IMG/VR virus record: IMGVR_UViG_3300024289_000019
Location: 48,302-112,301 of that record
Reading direction: 5' to 3' (one strand)
Length of the DNA: 64,000 bases
Source: a virus
The position numbers and the translations under genes are program-made. Below are positions 10,193 through 19,536 of this stretch, in pieces. The number at the start of each line of letters is the position of its first letter. The first letter of the stretch is position 1. The notes beneath the pieces are model-generated. The model saw nothing but the letters and a program-made list of their open reading frames with translations. It was not told the origin of the DNA and searched no databases.

Positions 10193-10265
10193 GCCCTTGT
10201 AGCTCAGTGGATAGAGCGAGACTCTTCTAAGGTCTGCGTCGGAGGTTCGATTCCTTTCAGGGGCG
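10193..10265 (+). tRNA. tRNA-Arg(TCT)
   Basis: cloverleaf, anticodon loop CTTCTAA, T loop TTCGATT. Confidence 0.92.
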
Positions 10266-10339
10266 CTTTTTGGTATAATAGCTTTGGATCGCCATTAGGG
10301 GTCCATTAATTAACTTATTCGCTTAAAAGGAGGAATAAA

Positions 10340-10765
10340 ATGGTAACACAATTCGCAATGGATTTTTTTAATGATCCATTTTTTATCGGGTTCAATCGTG
10401 ATTTTGACAAATTGTCAAGAATTCACACCCATGCAGCAGGAACAAATTATCCACCATACAATGTAATCACAACAGACAATGAAGATAAATTCTTTATTGA
10501 AATTGCGGTTGCTGGATTTTCAAGAGAAGACCTTGATGTATCTGTAAAAGAACAGGTATTGACCGTAAAGGGAGAAATCAAGGATTCTAAAGAAGAGACA
10601 AAGTATGCTCACCGTGGAATTGCAGCACGTAAGTTTGTTCGTGAATTTGCCCTAGGTGAATTTATTGAAGTAACTGGTGCTACAGCGGAAAACGGAATGC
10701 TAAAAATTTCGTTGGAACGTATTGTTCCTGAAGACAAAAAGCCAAAATCAATTAGAATCAAGTAA
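10340..10765 (+). CDS. small heat-shock protein Hsp20
   Basis: YPPYN, EIAVAGF, HRGIAARKF, NGMLKISL. Confidence 0.95.
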   Translation: MVTQFAMDFFNDPFFIGFNRDFDKLSRIHTHAAGTNYPPYNVITTDNEDKFFIEIAVAGFSREDLDVSVKEQVLTVKGEIKDSKEETKYAHRGIAARKFVREFALGEFIEVTGATAENGMLKISLERIVPEDKKPKSIRIK

Positions 10766-10880
10766 TAGGTCTAGACAGACCTATTTGTTTGAGGTATAAT
10801 TATATTGTGTACCGCCTAAGTTGCGGACATAAGGGCCCTGGGCATGGCCAAGTAAACTGCCCATTTTATAATGGAGAGCC

Positions 10881-11615
10881 ATGGAGATTATTGATTTAGA
10901 GCAACCAAATGTATTAATCATTAAAAATTTCTTTTCTAAAGAAGAAGTTGAAAAAGTTTTAATTCCAATGAAAGAAACTTCTGAAGAAATTTGGAATCTT
11001 CAGGGTGAAGCCAAAAAAGAAGATTCTACTAGAATTAAAAGAATGTCAGAAAGACTTATTGAATCTGATAACATGAATTGGTATGGAATGACTATGGATA
11101 TTACAAGTCGTGTTGATGCCTATAGAATGTATTCACATCTCCCACATGCTTTTTTAATAGAAAAAGAGCAACAAATAAAAAAAATAATAACAAATAAATT
11201 TAAACAAAATGTTGTTTTACAGCTCTCTGGTCTTCATAGGTGGAGGCCAGGAAGAGAGCAAAAGCCTCATATAGATTATTATGATTCTAGTGAACAGCAT
11301 GATTTTGATATGTTAGAAAAATATAATCTGACAAAAGATCGTTTAGAAGAATTTGAGCATTCTTTTAATGACAAACATTATTCTTCATTAGTTTATTTTA
11401 ATGAAGATTATATGGGTGGAGAACTATATATGCCTCAATGGGATTGGGAAATAAAACCTGAGACAGGTATGTTAATTGCTTTTGAGGGAAATCAAAATCA
11501 TTTACACGGAGTAAAGATGATGGAAGAAGGAATAAGATATACTTGGTCTATTTTTTGGACAAGATTTGAGTGGGCTATGAAAAACAAAATTAAAGATAGT
11601 AAAGTGAGCATGTAA
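10881..11615 (+). CDS. 2OG-Fe(II) oxygenase (prolyl-4-hydroxylase-like)
   Basis: HID...YFNEDYMGGEL...HGV...RYT. Confidence 0.85.
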   Translation: MEIIDLEQPNVLIIKNFFSKEEVEKVLIPMKETSEEIWNLQGEAKKEDSTRIKRMSERLIESDNMNWYGMTMDITSRVDAYRMYSHLPHAFLIEKEQQIKKIITNKFKQNVVLQLSGLHRWRPGREQKPHIDYYDSSEQHDFDMLEKYNLTKDRLEEFEHSFNDKHYSSLVYFNEDYMGGELYMPQWDWEIKPETGMLIAFEGNQNHLHGVKMMEEGIRYTWSIFWTRFEWAMKNKIKDSKVSM

Positions 11616-11619
11616 TCTT

Positions 11620-11802
11620 ATGCCTATTTATGAATACAAATGTATTATTTGTGAACATATCAAAGAAATAAACAAATCAATTGATGAAGCAACAATGACA
11701 GAGATTTGTGAAAAATGTGGTGCCGCAATGGTTAAGCAATATGGATCTTTTGGTATTCAGTTCAAAGGTTCTGGTTTCTATAAAACAGATAACGCTAAGT
11801 AG
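11620..11802 (+). CDS. FmdB-family zinc-ribbon protein
   Basis: MPIYEYKC..C...C..CG...FKGSGFYKTD. Confidence 0.9.
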   Translation: MPIYEYKCIICEHIKEINKSIDEATMTEICEKCGAAMVKQYGSFGIQFKGSGFYKTDNAK

Positions 11803-11852
11803 TCCAATGATATAATTAATTAAGCAAACATAGTTTGCTTAGGAGATTATAG

Positions 11853-13814
11853 TTGACTAGAACTAAGTTATGGAGATTATCTTTAGCCGCCATTTTAGGA
11901 TTTGGTTGGCTATTTCTCACACCCGCTTCTTATAGCGACGATCCACTTGGAACTGCCGCTCAGCAGATAGATCAACTTGAGGTGGATGTTCAAAAACTCA
12001 ATGATAAGGTTTCAACACAGGCTAAGATAGATATAGCCAATTCAAAATATGATTCCGCCGTTGCTGCAAAGTCTGACATGGATTCTAAACAGGCAATTAA
12101 AGCAACGAAACAAACTGAATATGATAACGCAGTTTCTGCATTAGCAACAGCATTATCAGAAAAAAATGCAGCACAATCGGCAGTAGATGGACAAACTGTT
12201 GTAGTTGCTACAGCAAATACTAATAAGCAAAATAAAAAAGATACCTTAGATGCTGCTAACATAAATTTACAAACTCAAGCATCTGGCAATAGCTCACAAA
12301 CAAATACGCTAGATGCTTATTTATACGACTGTTACACTTGGTATAACAAATATAATTCTGCACCAGATCTTGAATGTCCAGATGGAAGAGGTGGCGGAAA
12401 TGCTATAGCAATGGGTCCTTGGTCAGGTATTAATTTTAATTTTGGTAGTGGTGGTCCAGCAGGGTTGTACGATGACTATCAAATTAAATGGGTAGGATAT
12501 ATTAAAACTACACAGCATTGGACTCCACAATTTAGATTATGTTCTGATGATGGAATGATATTAAAAATTAGTGGACTTACTGTTGTTAATAATTGGTATG
12601 ATCGTGGTGGTCAATGTGGAGCGTCAAACGGATACTATATGGCATCAAATGGGTGGGAGCCTATAGAAGTATGGTGGTATGAAAATGGTGGAGGAGCCAA
12701 TGGAAGCCTACAATGGAATATAGGTAATGGATGGACAGTTATTCCTGCTAATGTATTTTCAATTACATTACCACAAAATAGTCCAGAATATGAAGCAGCG
12801 TTAGCTGCACAAATTACTGCACAACAAGAGTATGCCGCTGCTCTTGCTACATATAATACTGAAAATGATAAATTAACTCAATATAATCAAACTCTTTCTA
12901 GTAAAACAACTGCATATAATACTGCTGTTACAGATAAAAATACTGCACAGACTTCTTTGGCTACTGCTACAACAAATTATAATAATTCAGTAACTACATA
13001 TAATACGTCAATTACTGAATTAAATACTGCAATTACTGATGCACAAAATGAATATAATAGTCAATGGAATTTAGAAGAGCAGCAGAGAATTCAAGCAGCT
13101 ATTGCACAGGCTTTAGCAAATCAACCACAGCCTACTCCAGAGCCAACTACTGAATCTACTCCAGAGCCATCGCCTGAGCAAACAACACCAGTCGATCCCA
13201 CTCCAACTCCAGATTCTGAAACCACAGATGAACCGAAGCCAGATATAACTGCTGATCCTGAGCCCACTGTTGAGCCTTCACCAGAACCTTCACCTCTGCC
13301 ATCGGATATAAATCCAGATCCAACTCCTGAACCAGAGCCAACTCCTGCTGAACCTTCTTCAAAACCATCTGCTAATACTATCACAGAAGAGACAGCAAAT
13401 CTAATTGCAGATTTAACAAGTAAAGATACATTAACTAAATTAACTCCAGAACAAAAGCAGGCGGTAGCACAGGGTCTTGGAATTAAAACAGAAGAATTAG
13501 CAAAGGTAGCAGCATTGGCAGCTACTGATAAAAATTTAGCAACAGCCTTACAAGAATTTGGCGATAGAATTAAAGAAAATACTAATGCTCCTATGCCATA
13601 TACATTAGCAGATGCAACAACAGAGGTTGCCACAGAAGCATTTTTATCAGACCCAATTGGAGCCATTACAGATATTGATTTTAAAAAATTACTTAGCCCA
13701 TCAGAATGGGGTAAGGATATGACAGATGACCAAAGAGAAAAAGCGCAGGAAGTAATTGTTCCTGTAGTTATTGCAGCAAATATTGTGGCAGCAGCCATGA
13801 CAAGGAGGATATAA
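11853..13814 (+). CDS. membrane-anchored PA14-domain protein with coiled coils and Pro/Glu/Thr linker
   Basis: signal peptide; PA14 motifs SDDG and WYENGGGA; (PE/PT)n tract; C-terminal hydrophobic anchor. Confidence 0.8.
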   Translation: MTRTKLWRLSLAAILGFGWLFLTPASYSDDPLGTAAQQIDQLEVDVQKLNDKVSTQAKIDIANSKYDSAVAAKSDMDSKQAIKATKQTEYDNAVSALATALSEKNAAQSAVDGQTVVVATANTNKQNKKDTLDAANINLQTQASGNSSQTNTLDAYLYDCYTWYNKYNSAPDLECPDGRGGGNAIAMGPWSGINFNFGSGGPAGLYDDYQIKWVGYIKTTQHWTPQFRLCSDDGMILKISGLTVVNNWYDRGGQCGASNGYYMASNGWEPIEVWWYENGGGANGSLQWNIGNGWTVIPANVFSITLPQNSPEYEAALAAQITAQQEYAAALATYNTENDKLTQYNQTLSSKTTAYNTAVTDKNTAQTSLATATTNYNNSVTTYNTSITELNTAITDAQNEYNSQWNLEEQQRIQAAIAQALANQPQPTPEPTTESTPEPSPEQTTPVDPTPTPDSETTDEPKPDITADPEPTVEPSPEPSPLPSDINPDPTPEPEPTPAEPSSKPSANTITEETANLIADLTSKDTLTKLTPEQKQAVAQGLGIKTEELAKVAALAATDKNLATALQEFGDRIKENTNAPMPYTLADATTEVATEAFLSDPIGAITDIDFKKLLSPSEWGKDMTDDQREKAQEVIVPVVIAANIVAAAMTRRI

Positions 13815-14011
13815 TGAAAATAATTAAAGGTTTCTTTAATTGGATATGGGAAGCGATCAAGGAAAGTATAGCCCAGCTATGGACCCTCCTCGGATTTTTC
13901 ATAGCCTGGTTGACCCTTACAGGGACAGCACAGGATGTAGTGGGCCTAGCAACAGTGATAGTTACTGTAATTTGGCTAATAACCATCCCTTTAAGAAAAA
14001 ATGAGGAATAA
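13814..14011 (+). CDS. small two-TM membrane protein
   Basis: two hydrophobic segments; coupled. Confidence 0.7.
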   Translation: MKIIKGFFNWIWEAIKESIAQLWTLLGFFIAWLTLTGTAQDVVGLATVIVTVIWLITIPLRKNEE

Positions 14012-14025
14012 GGTATAATAGTGGT

Positions 14026-14244
14026 ATGAAAAGAATAATTGCTATTGCTTTATCAGGTCTATTAATGCTATCATTAAGTAGCTGTGGCTTTCAGGGTTCA
14101 TACAGATACCCATGCCAAGACCCTGCGAATTGGGAGAAGGCGGAATGCAATCCTCCAATTTGTGAAGCAACAGGAACATGCACTAAAGATATAATTGGTA
14201 AAGCATCAACTACTACTACTGAAACAGGTACAACAAATGGCTAG
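14026..14244 (+). CDS. Cys-rich lipoprotein
   Basis: lipobox LSSC; YRYPCQDPANW..C.PP.C...C. Confidence 0.75.
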   Translation: MKRIIAIALSGLLMLSLSSCGFQGSYRYPCQDPANWEKAECNPPICEATGTCTKDIIGKASTTTTETGTTNG

Positions 14245-14677
14245 AGAAAGATTAAGTCCACAGGATTTGGACGCTAGATTAAAATTTATTTTAGGAATTA
14301 CATTAGGGTCTATTCTATTCCTTACAGCAGTAGGAATTTTATACGGACTTTTGTTTGTAACGCAACCAATCGGAGCACAGTCAGAAAATGATAAAATGTT
14401 TTTTAATGTGCTTGGATCTGTAGCAACTTTTATTACAGGAACGTTGGCTGGCCTACTAATTGGTCAATCAGGTGCTAAAGATATTATGAAAGCACAACTT
14501 GATAATAAAGAAATGGATGCTAAAAATACCCAAGCAGATAAAAAGCTTGAATCAGAATTATCAATTAATGAATTAAAGGCTGATGTAGAAGCAGACGCAG
14601 TTCGTGCTCGTCTTGCAGCAAAACCTGATGGTGCAATGCCAGCAGAGCAACCAGTTGATACAGAATGGGATAAATAA
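14237..14677 (+). CDS. two-TM membrane protein (possible holin-like)
   Basis: two TM helices and charged tail, upstream of amidase. Confidence 0.65.
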   Translation: MARERLSPQDLDARLKFILGITLGSILFLTAVGILYGLLFVTQPIGAQSENDKMFFNVLGSVATFITGTLAGLLIGQSGAKDIMKAQLDNKEMDAKNTQADKKLESELSINELKADVEADAVRARLAAKPDGAMPAEQPVDTEWDK

Positions 14678-14679
14678 TT

Positions 14680-15270
14680 ATGACAGATTTTCCAGTCCCA
14701 GCAGAAACATCTAAAGCGCCAGCAGGTACTGCTGCACGTTTAATCCAAGTTGCTAAATCCCAGGTAGGTTATATCGAGGGACCAAAAGACAACGAGACAA
14801 AATATGGAGCGTACACCAAGGCAAATTTCCAACCTTGGTGTGGAAGTTTTGTAATGTGGTGTGCAAACGAAGCAGGCGTCAAAGTTCCAAATACAGTTTA
14901 TACTCCAGGTGGTGCAGCGGCATTTAAAAAAGCTGGATCTTGGATTGACGGAGACATTGCTGATCCTGAGCCAGGAGATATTGCCTATTTTGATTTTCCC
15001 TCAGATGGCGTTGATCGTATATCTCATGTCGGAATTGTTATTGAAGATAATGAAGACGGGACCGTTTGGTGTGTTGAAGGAAATACTACTGGAGACGGTA
15101 AAAAAGGAAGTCAAAGGAATGGCGGAGAAGCCTGCAAAAAATTACGTGCATATAAGAAAAATAAGAAAAATGTACAAGTTTCAATTGTAGGTTTTGGAAG
15201 GCCAAAATTTAAATCTGGATTATCAACAACTAATGCATCTGGGGCAAAATGCCCTACTTGTGGAAAGTAA
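14680..15270 (+). CDS. CHAP-domain cell-wall amidase (endolysin-like)
   Basis: PWCGSFVMW, SHVGIV, EGNT. Confidence 0.88.
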   Translation: MTDFPVPAETSKAPAGTAARLIQVAKSQVGYIEGPKDNETKYGAYTKANFQPWCGSFVMWCANEAGVKVPNTVYTPGGAAAFKKAGSWIDGDIADPEPGDIAYFDFPSDGVDRISHVGIVIEDNEDGTVWCVEGNTTGDGKKGSQRNGGEACKKLRAYKKNKKNVQVSIVGFGRPKFKSGLSTTNASGAKCPTCGK

Positions 15271-15335
15271 TATAAAAATAGTATTGACAATGCCCTGTGG
15301 GAATATGTATAATGTATACCACAGGGTTTCCCCTT

Positions 15336-15408
15336 TGATCCATAGCTCAGTCGGCAGAGCGGGAAGCTGTTAACTTCTAGGTCCCTGGTTCGAGTCCAGG
15401 TGGATCAG
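15336..15408 (+). tRNA. tRNA-Asn(GTT)
   Basis: acceptor TGATCCA/TGGATCA, loop CTGTTAA; TTGACA-N18-TATAAT upstream. Confidence 0.93.
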
Positions 15409-15424
15409 CGAGAGAAAGAAAAAA

Positions 15425-15655
15425 ATGATTGCTCAAGAAAACAAAGTAAACAAGTTAATTAAAAACTTTAAAACAGATTACCAAGAAGCATTTTGGGACG
15501 GGTATACACTTGTAGTGTGGAAACGTGATCCTTCTGGCTTTTCAAATAAACGTGGAATGTTTAGAAATGAAACTTGGGGCTTAACAACTAGATTTAATAT
15601 GACAGACGGCGGAGTTTGGGATTTGCCTGAGCGTTATGTCAAATATATTAAATGA
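15425..15655 (+). CDS. hypothetical protein
   Basis: ORF in operon with whiB. Confidence 0.7.
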   Translation: MIAQENKVNKLIKNFKTDYQEAFWDGYTLVVWKRDPSGFSNKRGMFRNETWGLTTRFNMTDGGVWDLPERYVKYIK

Positions 15656-15947
15656 TCTAGGCGTAGACTCAGATGATTTTGAATGGTGGCATCTAGCGGC
15701 TTGTAATGGAATGGAAACAAATTTATTTTATGATAAATATGAGTCTGATTTCAATATAGCCAAAAATATAGATGAGATGTGTTTGAGTTGTCCAGTTATA
15801 CAAGAATGTCTGATTGCTGGATATCAAAACAATGAATATGGTGTATGGGGTGGAATATACTTAAATTCTGGTTCAACAGATAAAGCACGTAATGTGCACA
15901 AAAAACCAGAAATATGGAAAAGATTAAAAGATAAACATGGACATTAA
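15636..15947 (+). CDS. whiB: WhiB-family Fe-S transcription factor
   Basis: W...AAC...C..CPV..EC...YGVWGG. Confidence 0.92.
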   Translation: MSNILNDLGVDSDDFEWWHLAACNGMETNLFYDKYESDFNIAKNIDEMCLSCPVIQECLIAGYQNNEYGVWGGIYLNSGSTDKARNVHKKPEIWKRLKDKHGH

Positions 15948-16221
15948 TCAATGGACAGGTGAACTCAATAAGCCAGTTTTTTATACAAAAGAAATGGCTA
16001 AAAGAGTTAGAGAAATCAAACAACCAGTTTATGGATTGCAGATGGACATAGTGAAGTTCCCAGAGTTTTTAGCTATAAGATTATATGAAAATAATTTTAT
16101 GCAATACGGAGACGCAGAGAGAATTAGAATTATTGACTATATAGAAATGGTCAAAAAAGTTTTAGAATCTTATGGAGTTCGTGTTGAACTGGAGGGAGCT
16201 AAGGGTGAAAGAATACTATGA
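15937..16221 (+). CDS. hypothetical protein
   Basis: overlapping operon ORF. Confidence 0.7.
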   Translation: MDINQWTGELNKPVFYTKEMAKRVREIKQPVYGLQMDIVKFPEFLAIRLYENNFMQYGDAERIRIIDYIEMVKKVLESYGVRVELEGAKGERIL

Positions 16222-16399
16222 CAAGATACTTATAGTATGGTTGCATGAAGAGCAGGTATACGGAGATATAGAATCTCTTGGAACCTATGCTTCAAAAGTC
16301 AGGTGGTCAAAAAATGGAGTCGATCACGAAGAATTAATGGAAAATTCAGATTTCACAATAATGGATGAGTTTGTCATCTCACACGTAGAGGAAGAATAA
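16172..16399 (+). CDS. hypothetical protein (true start probably downstream)
   Basis: operon position. Confidence 0.55.
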   Translation: MEFVLNWRELRVKEYYDKILIVWLHEEQVYGDIESLGTYASKVRWSKNGVDHEELMENSDFTIMDEFVISHVEEE

Positions 16400-16635
16400 T
16401 GGAAAAAATATTATGCTATTCTTGCAGTAAAAGTAAGAATAAATTAAATACTAGACGTTCTGGTTTACTAACAATTAATTTGTTGATGTGCGAAACCTGT
16501 ATTGTCTCAAAATATGAACCTAGATGGGTAATTATTTTGGCTGGAAGACAATTTGGGCCAGATCATGTAAAAGATTATATAATTAAAAAAAGATATATTG
16601 GTCAACCAATTTTAGCAGATGAGCTATTAGTTTAA
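16399..16635 (+). CDS. Zn-finger hypothetical protein
   Basis: CYSC...CETC. Confidence 0.7.
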   Translation: MEKILCYSCSKSKNKLNTRRSGLLTINLLMCETCIVSKYEPRWVIILAGRQFGPDHVKDYIIKKRYIGQPILADELLV

Positions 16636-16663
16636 TAAACATTTTTGGTATAATTGTTATATT

Positions 16664-16960
16664 ATGATTCATATGACAATGACAGAAATGCTACTAATGC
16701 TGGCTATGGCGGTATTTGGTGGTTCCGCAGCAAGACTTATAGAAGTTTGGGGCAAAAGACAAAATAAAAAAAATTTTGATCTTGAAATTGAGCATGAGCG
16801 TACCAATTTAAGGCTAGAACTTGAAAAAGTAAAAAATGCTTTATTAGTTTCTGAAAATGAATTATTAGTCTGGCAAGCAAAATATTATGAAACGCTAGAA
16901 AAGCTTGCCAAAGTAAATTATGAATTATCCCAAATTATGCATAAACTTGATATAAAATAG
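16664..16960 (+). CDS. TM plus coiled-coil protein
   Basis: N-terminal hydrophobic helix, heptads; TGGTATAAT promoter. Confidence 0.65.
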   Translation: MIHMTMTEMLLMLAMAVFGGSAARLIEVWGKRQNKKNFDLEIEHERTNLRLELEKVKNALLVSENELLVWQAKYYETLEKLAKVNYELSQIMHKLDIK

Positions 16961-16998
16961 GGCTGGACAGTAAATTTTAATTATTATACAATAGGTAT

Positions 16999-17235
16999 AT
17001 GATATCTGAAAAAAGATTAAAGATGTACGCTTTTGGGTTTACTATATTGGTAAATCTTGGAATTGTTTGGTTTATGTATGAAAGATGGAAGTCTGGTCAA
17101 GATCTACTAGTACCAATAATTTTATTTCTAGTTTTAAAAATTAGAATTAACCAATATCTTCAAGAACAAAAAGTTCAGAACCTGATTGAACTACTAAATA
17201 AAACAAGCAACCTAAGAATCAGAAAGAATAGTTAA
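16999..17235 (+). CDS. small membrane protein
   Basis: two hydrophobic segments. Confidence 0.6.
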   Translation: MISEKRLKMYAFGFTILVNLGIVWFMYERWKSGQDLLVPIILFLVLKIRINQYLQEQKVQNLIELLNKTSNLRIRKNS

Positions 17236-17238
17236 TTA

Positions 17239-17799
17239 ATGACTTGTGTTGTTGGTCTCATAAAGAGTGGCAAAGTGTTCCTGGGTTCAGACTCTGCAGC
17301 AGTTGATGAAAAGGGCGGACATATATTTGCCCAAAAAAACCCTAAAGTTTTTACTGTTGGGCAGTATGGTATAGCGTTTATAGATAGTTTTAGAATGGGC
17401 CAAATTCTTCAATATGATTGGTCTCCTCCTAGATTTACTGGAAATGCAAAAGCTTTAGACAAATTTATGAGAACAAAGTTTATTGAATCTGTTAAAGATG
17501 CATTCAAAGCAGGTGGCTTTGGTAGCATCGGAGCAAACAATGGTGAGGAAGACACTGGCGGTATATTTTTGGTAGCAGTTAGAGGAACAGGTAGATTGTT
17601 TTACATTGATGAAGATTATCAAGTTGGAGAAAACATTATTCCATACTATGCCGAAGGCGCTGGCCAGGACTATGCTTTAGGGTCTTTATTTACTTCACAG
17701 AATATGCGTGATCCGTATAAAAGAATGGAGTTGGCTTTAAATGCAGCATCCCAATTCTCCACAGCAGTCTGTCCACCATATCATTTTATTGAACTATAA
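17239..17799 (+). CDS. Ntn-hydrolase (HslV/proteasome-beta-like) protease
   Basis: N-terminal MTCVVG, GSDS, KVF, GAGQDYALGSL. Confidence 0.8.
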   Translation: MTCVVGLIKSGKVFLGSDSAAVDEKGGHIFAQKNPKVFTVGQYGIAFIDSFRMGQILQYDWSPPRFTGNAKALDKFMRTKFIESVKDAFKAGGFGSIGANNGEEDTGGIFLVAVRGTGRLFYIDEDYQVGENIIPYYAEGAGQDYALGSLFTSQNMRDPYKRMELALNAASQFSTAVCPPYHFIEL

Positions 17800-17838
17800 C
17801 TATTGACAAGATCTATAAAATTTACTAGAATAGTACAC

Positions 17839-18765
17839 ATGAAAACTAAAATAGCTTTATCTTTAATTATCATATTGACAACTATAGCAGGATGTTCTGC
17901 TCTAAAAGCTCAGGCTACTGAGCCTATTAAGCCTTCCGTTGTGATTCTAGATACTTCTGTTAACTCGTCCTTGCCAATTTTTAAGGAAAGAATTATACAA
18001 GAGGTATGTACTTTAGAATGGCCAGTATGCTCAAATCAAACAGGATTCCAGGAAGGACCTGGATCAGCATCTAGCCTATCTTTGGACATTATGAAAACTA
18101 ACTCTTTTAAACATGGAACCATTATGGCTTCTATTTCAGCACAAACAAACGCCTATGTTAATATTGTTTTTGTAAGAATTGTAGGATATAAAGATGGTTA
18201 TAGATATAACCCAACTGCAAAATCTGTAATGCAAGCATTGGATTGGGTAATTGCAAATCAATCTAAATACAATATTGTTGCTGTTGCAATGAGTCAAAGC
18301 ACTCATGATAAATTAACTTTGGCAAAGCTTTGCCCAACAAATGAATTGTCTCCATATGTAGATAATTTAATTTCAAAAAATATTGCTTTGTTTTTGCCAG
18401 CAGGAAATGATGCAGATTTAAAAAATGTAGATTATCCCTCATGTATTCCTAATGCTATTACAGTAGGTGCTTTAGACAAAAAGGGTAACATTGCCACTTA
18501 TAGCAATGGAAATCCATCTAACGTAGATTTTTATGCTTTAGGACACATAACAACCGCTATTAACCCTACAGGTCAGGTAGAGGCTGTTGTAGGAACCTCA
18601 GCATCTACACAGATTGCTGCAATGCAGTGGGCCACCGTTAAAATGATGAAGCCTGCGTTAACATATAGTGAATTGTTAAATTTGTTAAATACTACCTCAA
18701 ATACTGTAATTAATGGTACAATTAAGGGTGGAAAATCAATTAACATAGAAAAGGCGATAAAGTAA
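17839..18765 (+). CDS. secreted subtilisin-like S8 peptidase
   Basis: signal peptide; ILDT, HGT, AGND, GTS catalytic motifs. Confidence 0.88.
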   Translation: MKTKIALSLIIILTTIAGCSALKAQATEPIKPSVVILDTSVNSSLPIFKERIIQEVCTLEWPVCSNQTGFQEGPGSASSLSLDIMKTNSFKHGTIMASISAQTNAYVNIVFVRIVGYKDGYRYNPTAKSVMQALDWVIANQSKYNIVAVAMSQSTHDKLTLAKLCPTNELSPYVDNLISKNIALFLPAGNDADLKNVDYPSCIPNAITVGALDKKGNIATYSNGNPSNVDFYALGHITTAINPTGQVEAVVGTSASTQIAAMQWATVKMMKPALTYSELLNLLNTTSNTVINGTIKGGKSINIEKAIK

Positions 18766-19019
18766 TGGAAAAAGATCCAGCAATAGAAAAGCAACAGTCA
18801 ATGCTTGAGGGTATTGTAGCCGATATTGTAGGAGAAGTATTTAGAAAGTGGTTTGACCAGTTGCCAGATGAACAAAAAAATAATGAAGAATCTGTGGCAA
18901 CTTTAGGTAAAAACGCTTCAGACGTTACCTATTTTATTGTTCAGCGCTTTATGGAAAAGTTTAATGAGGCAGCAGAACAGATAAAGAAAGAAGAAGAGCA
19001 AATAAATAATAATGCCTAG
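18765..19019 (+). CDS. hypothetical protein
   Basis: coupled ORF. Confidence 0.65.
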   Translation: MEKDPAIEKQQSMLEGIVADIVGEVFRKWFDQLPDEQKNNEESVATLGKNASDVTYFIVQRFMEKFNEAAEQIKKEEEQINNNA

Positions 19020-19194
19020 AATTGCTCTTGTAAATTCTGCGATATATGATATCCTAGAGCCTGATAGTTCTTTTGAAACAGAACTTGTTGATATTCCTCA
19101 ACAGATACTTGACAAGTATGATAAAGTTATGGAAGAATTTTGGGAAGTTCAAAACCAATTAGAACAGTACCAAAGGGCTCAGGAAACAGAATGA
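19012..19194 (+). CDS. hypothetical protein
   Basis: coupled ORF. Confidence 0.6.
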   Translation: MPRIALVNSAIYDILEPDSSFETELVDIPQQILDKYDKVMEEFWEVQNQLEQYQRAQETE

Positions 19195-19493
19195 TCATAA
19201 CAGATGAAAACTTTGATTCTGTTATAGAATCAAATCAATTAGTATTAGTAGATTTTTGGGCGGAATGGTGCGGTCCATGCCGTAAAGTTTCGCCAATACT
19301 TGATGAAATATCTCAAGAAAAGAATCTACTTGTGGCTAAGCTTAATGTTGATGACAATATAGTTAAGCCAAAAGATTATGGAGTGGTTTCAATACCGACC
19401 ATGATCTTGTTTAAAGATAGAACCCCAGTAATAAAAATTATCGGGGCAAAGCCAAAACATGTTTTGCTAAAAGAATTAGCAGAATATATATAG
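19191..19493 (+). CDS. trxA: thioredoxin
   Basis: DFWAEWCGPC, SIPT. Confidence 0.95.
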   Translation: MIITDENFDSVIESNQLVLVDFWAEWCGPCRKVSPILDEISQEKNLLVAKLNVDDNIVKPKDYGVVSIPTMILFKDRTPVIKIIGAKPKHVLLKELAEYI

Positions 19494-19536
19494 TCTCTAC
19501 GCTCAAATTGAGGTAGATTAAGAAGGAGAAAAAAGA

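Noticed and set aside
13125-13360. Pro-Glu/Pro-Thr repeats as a DNA repeat element
   Set aside because: Ordinary low-complexity protein linker with degenerate codons.
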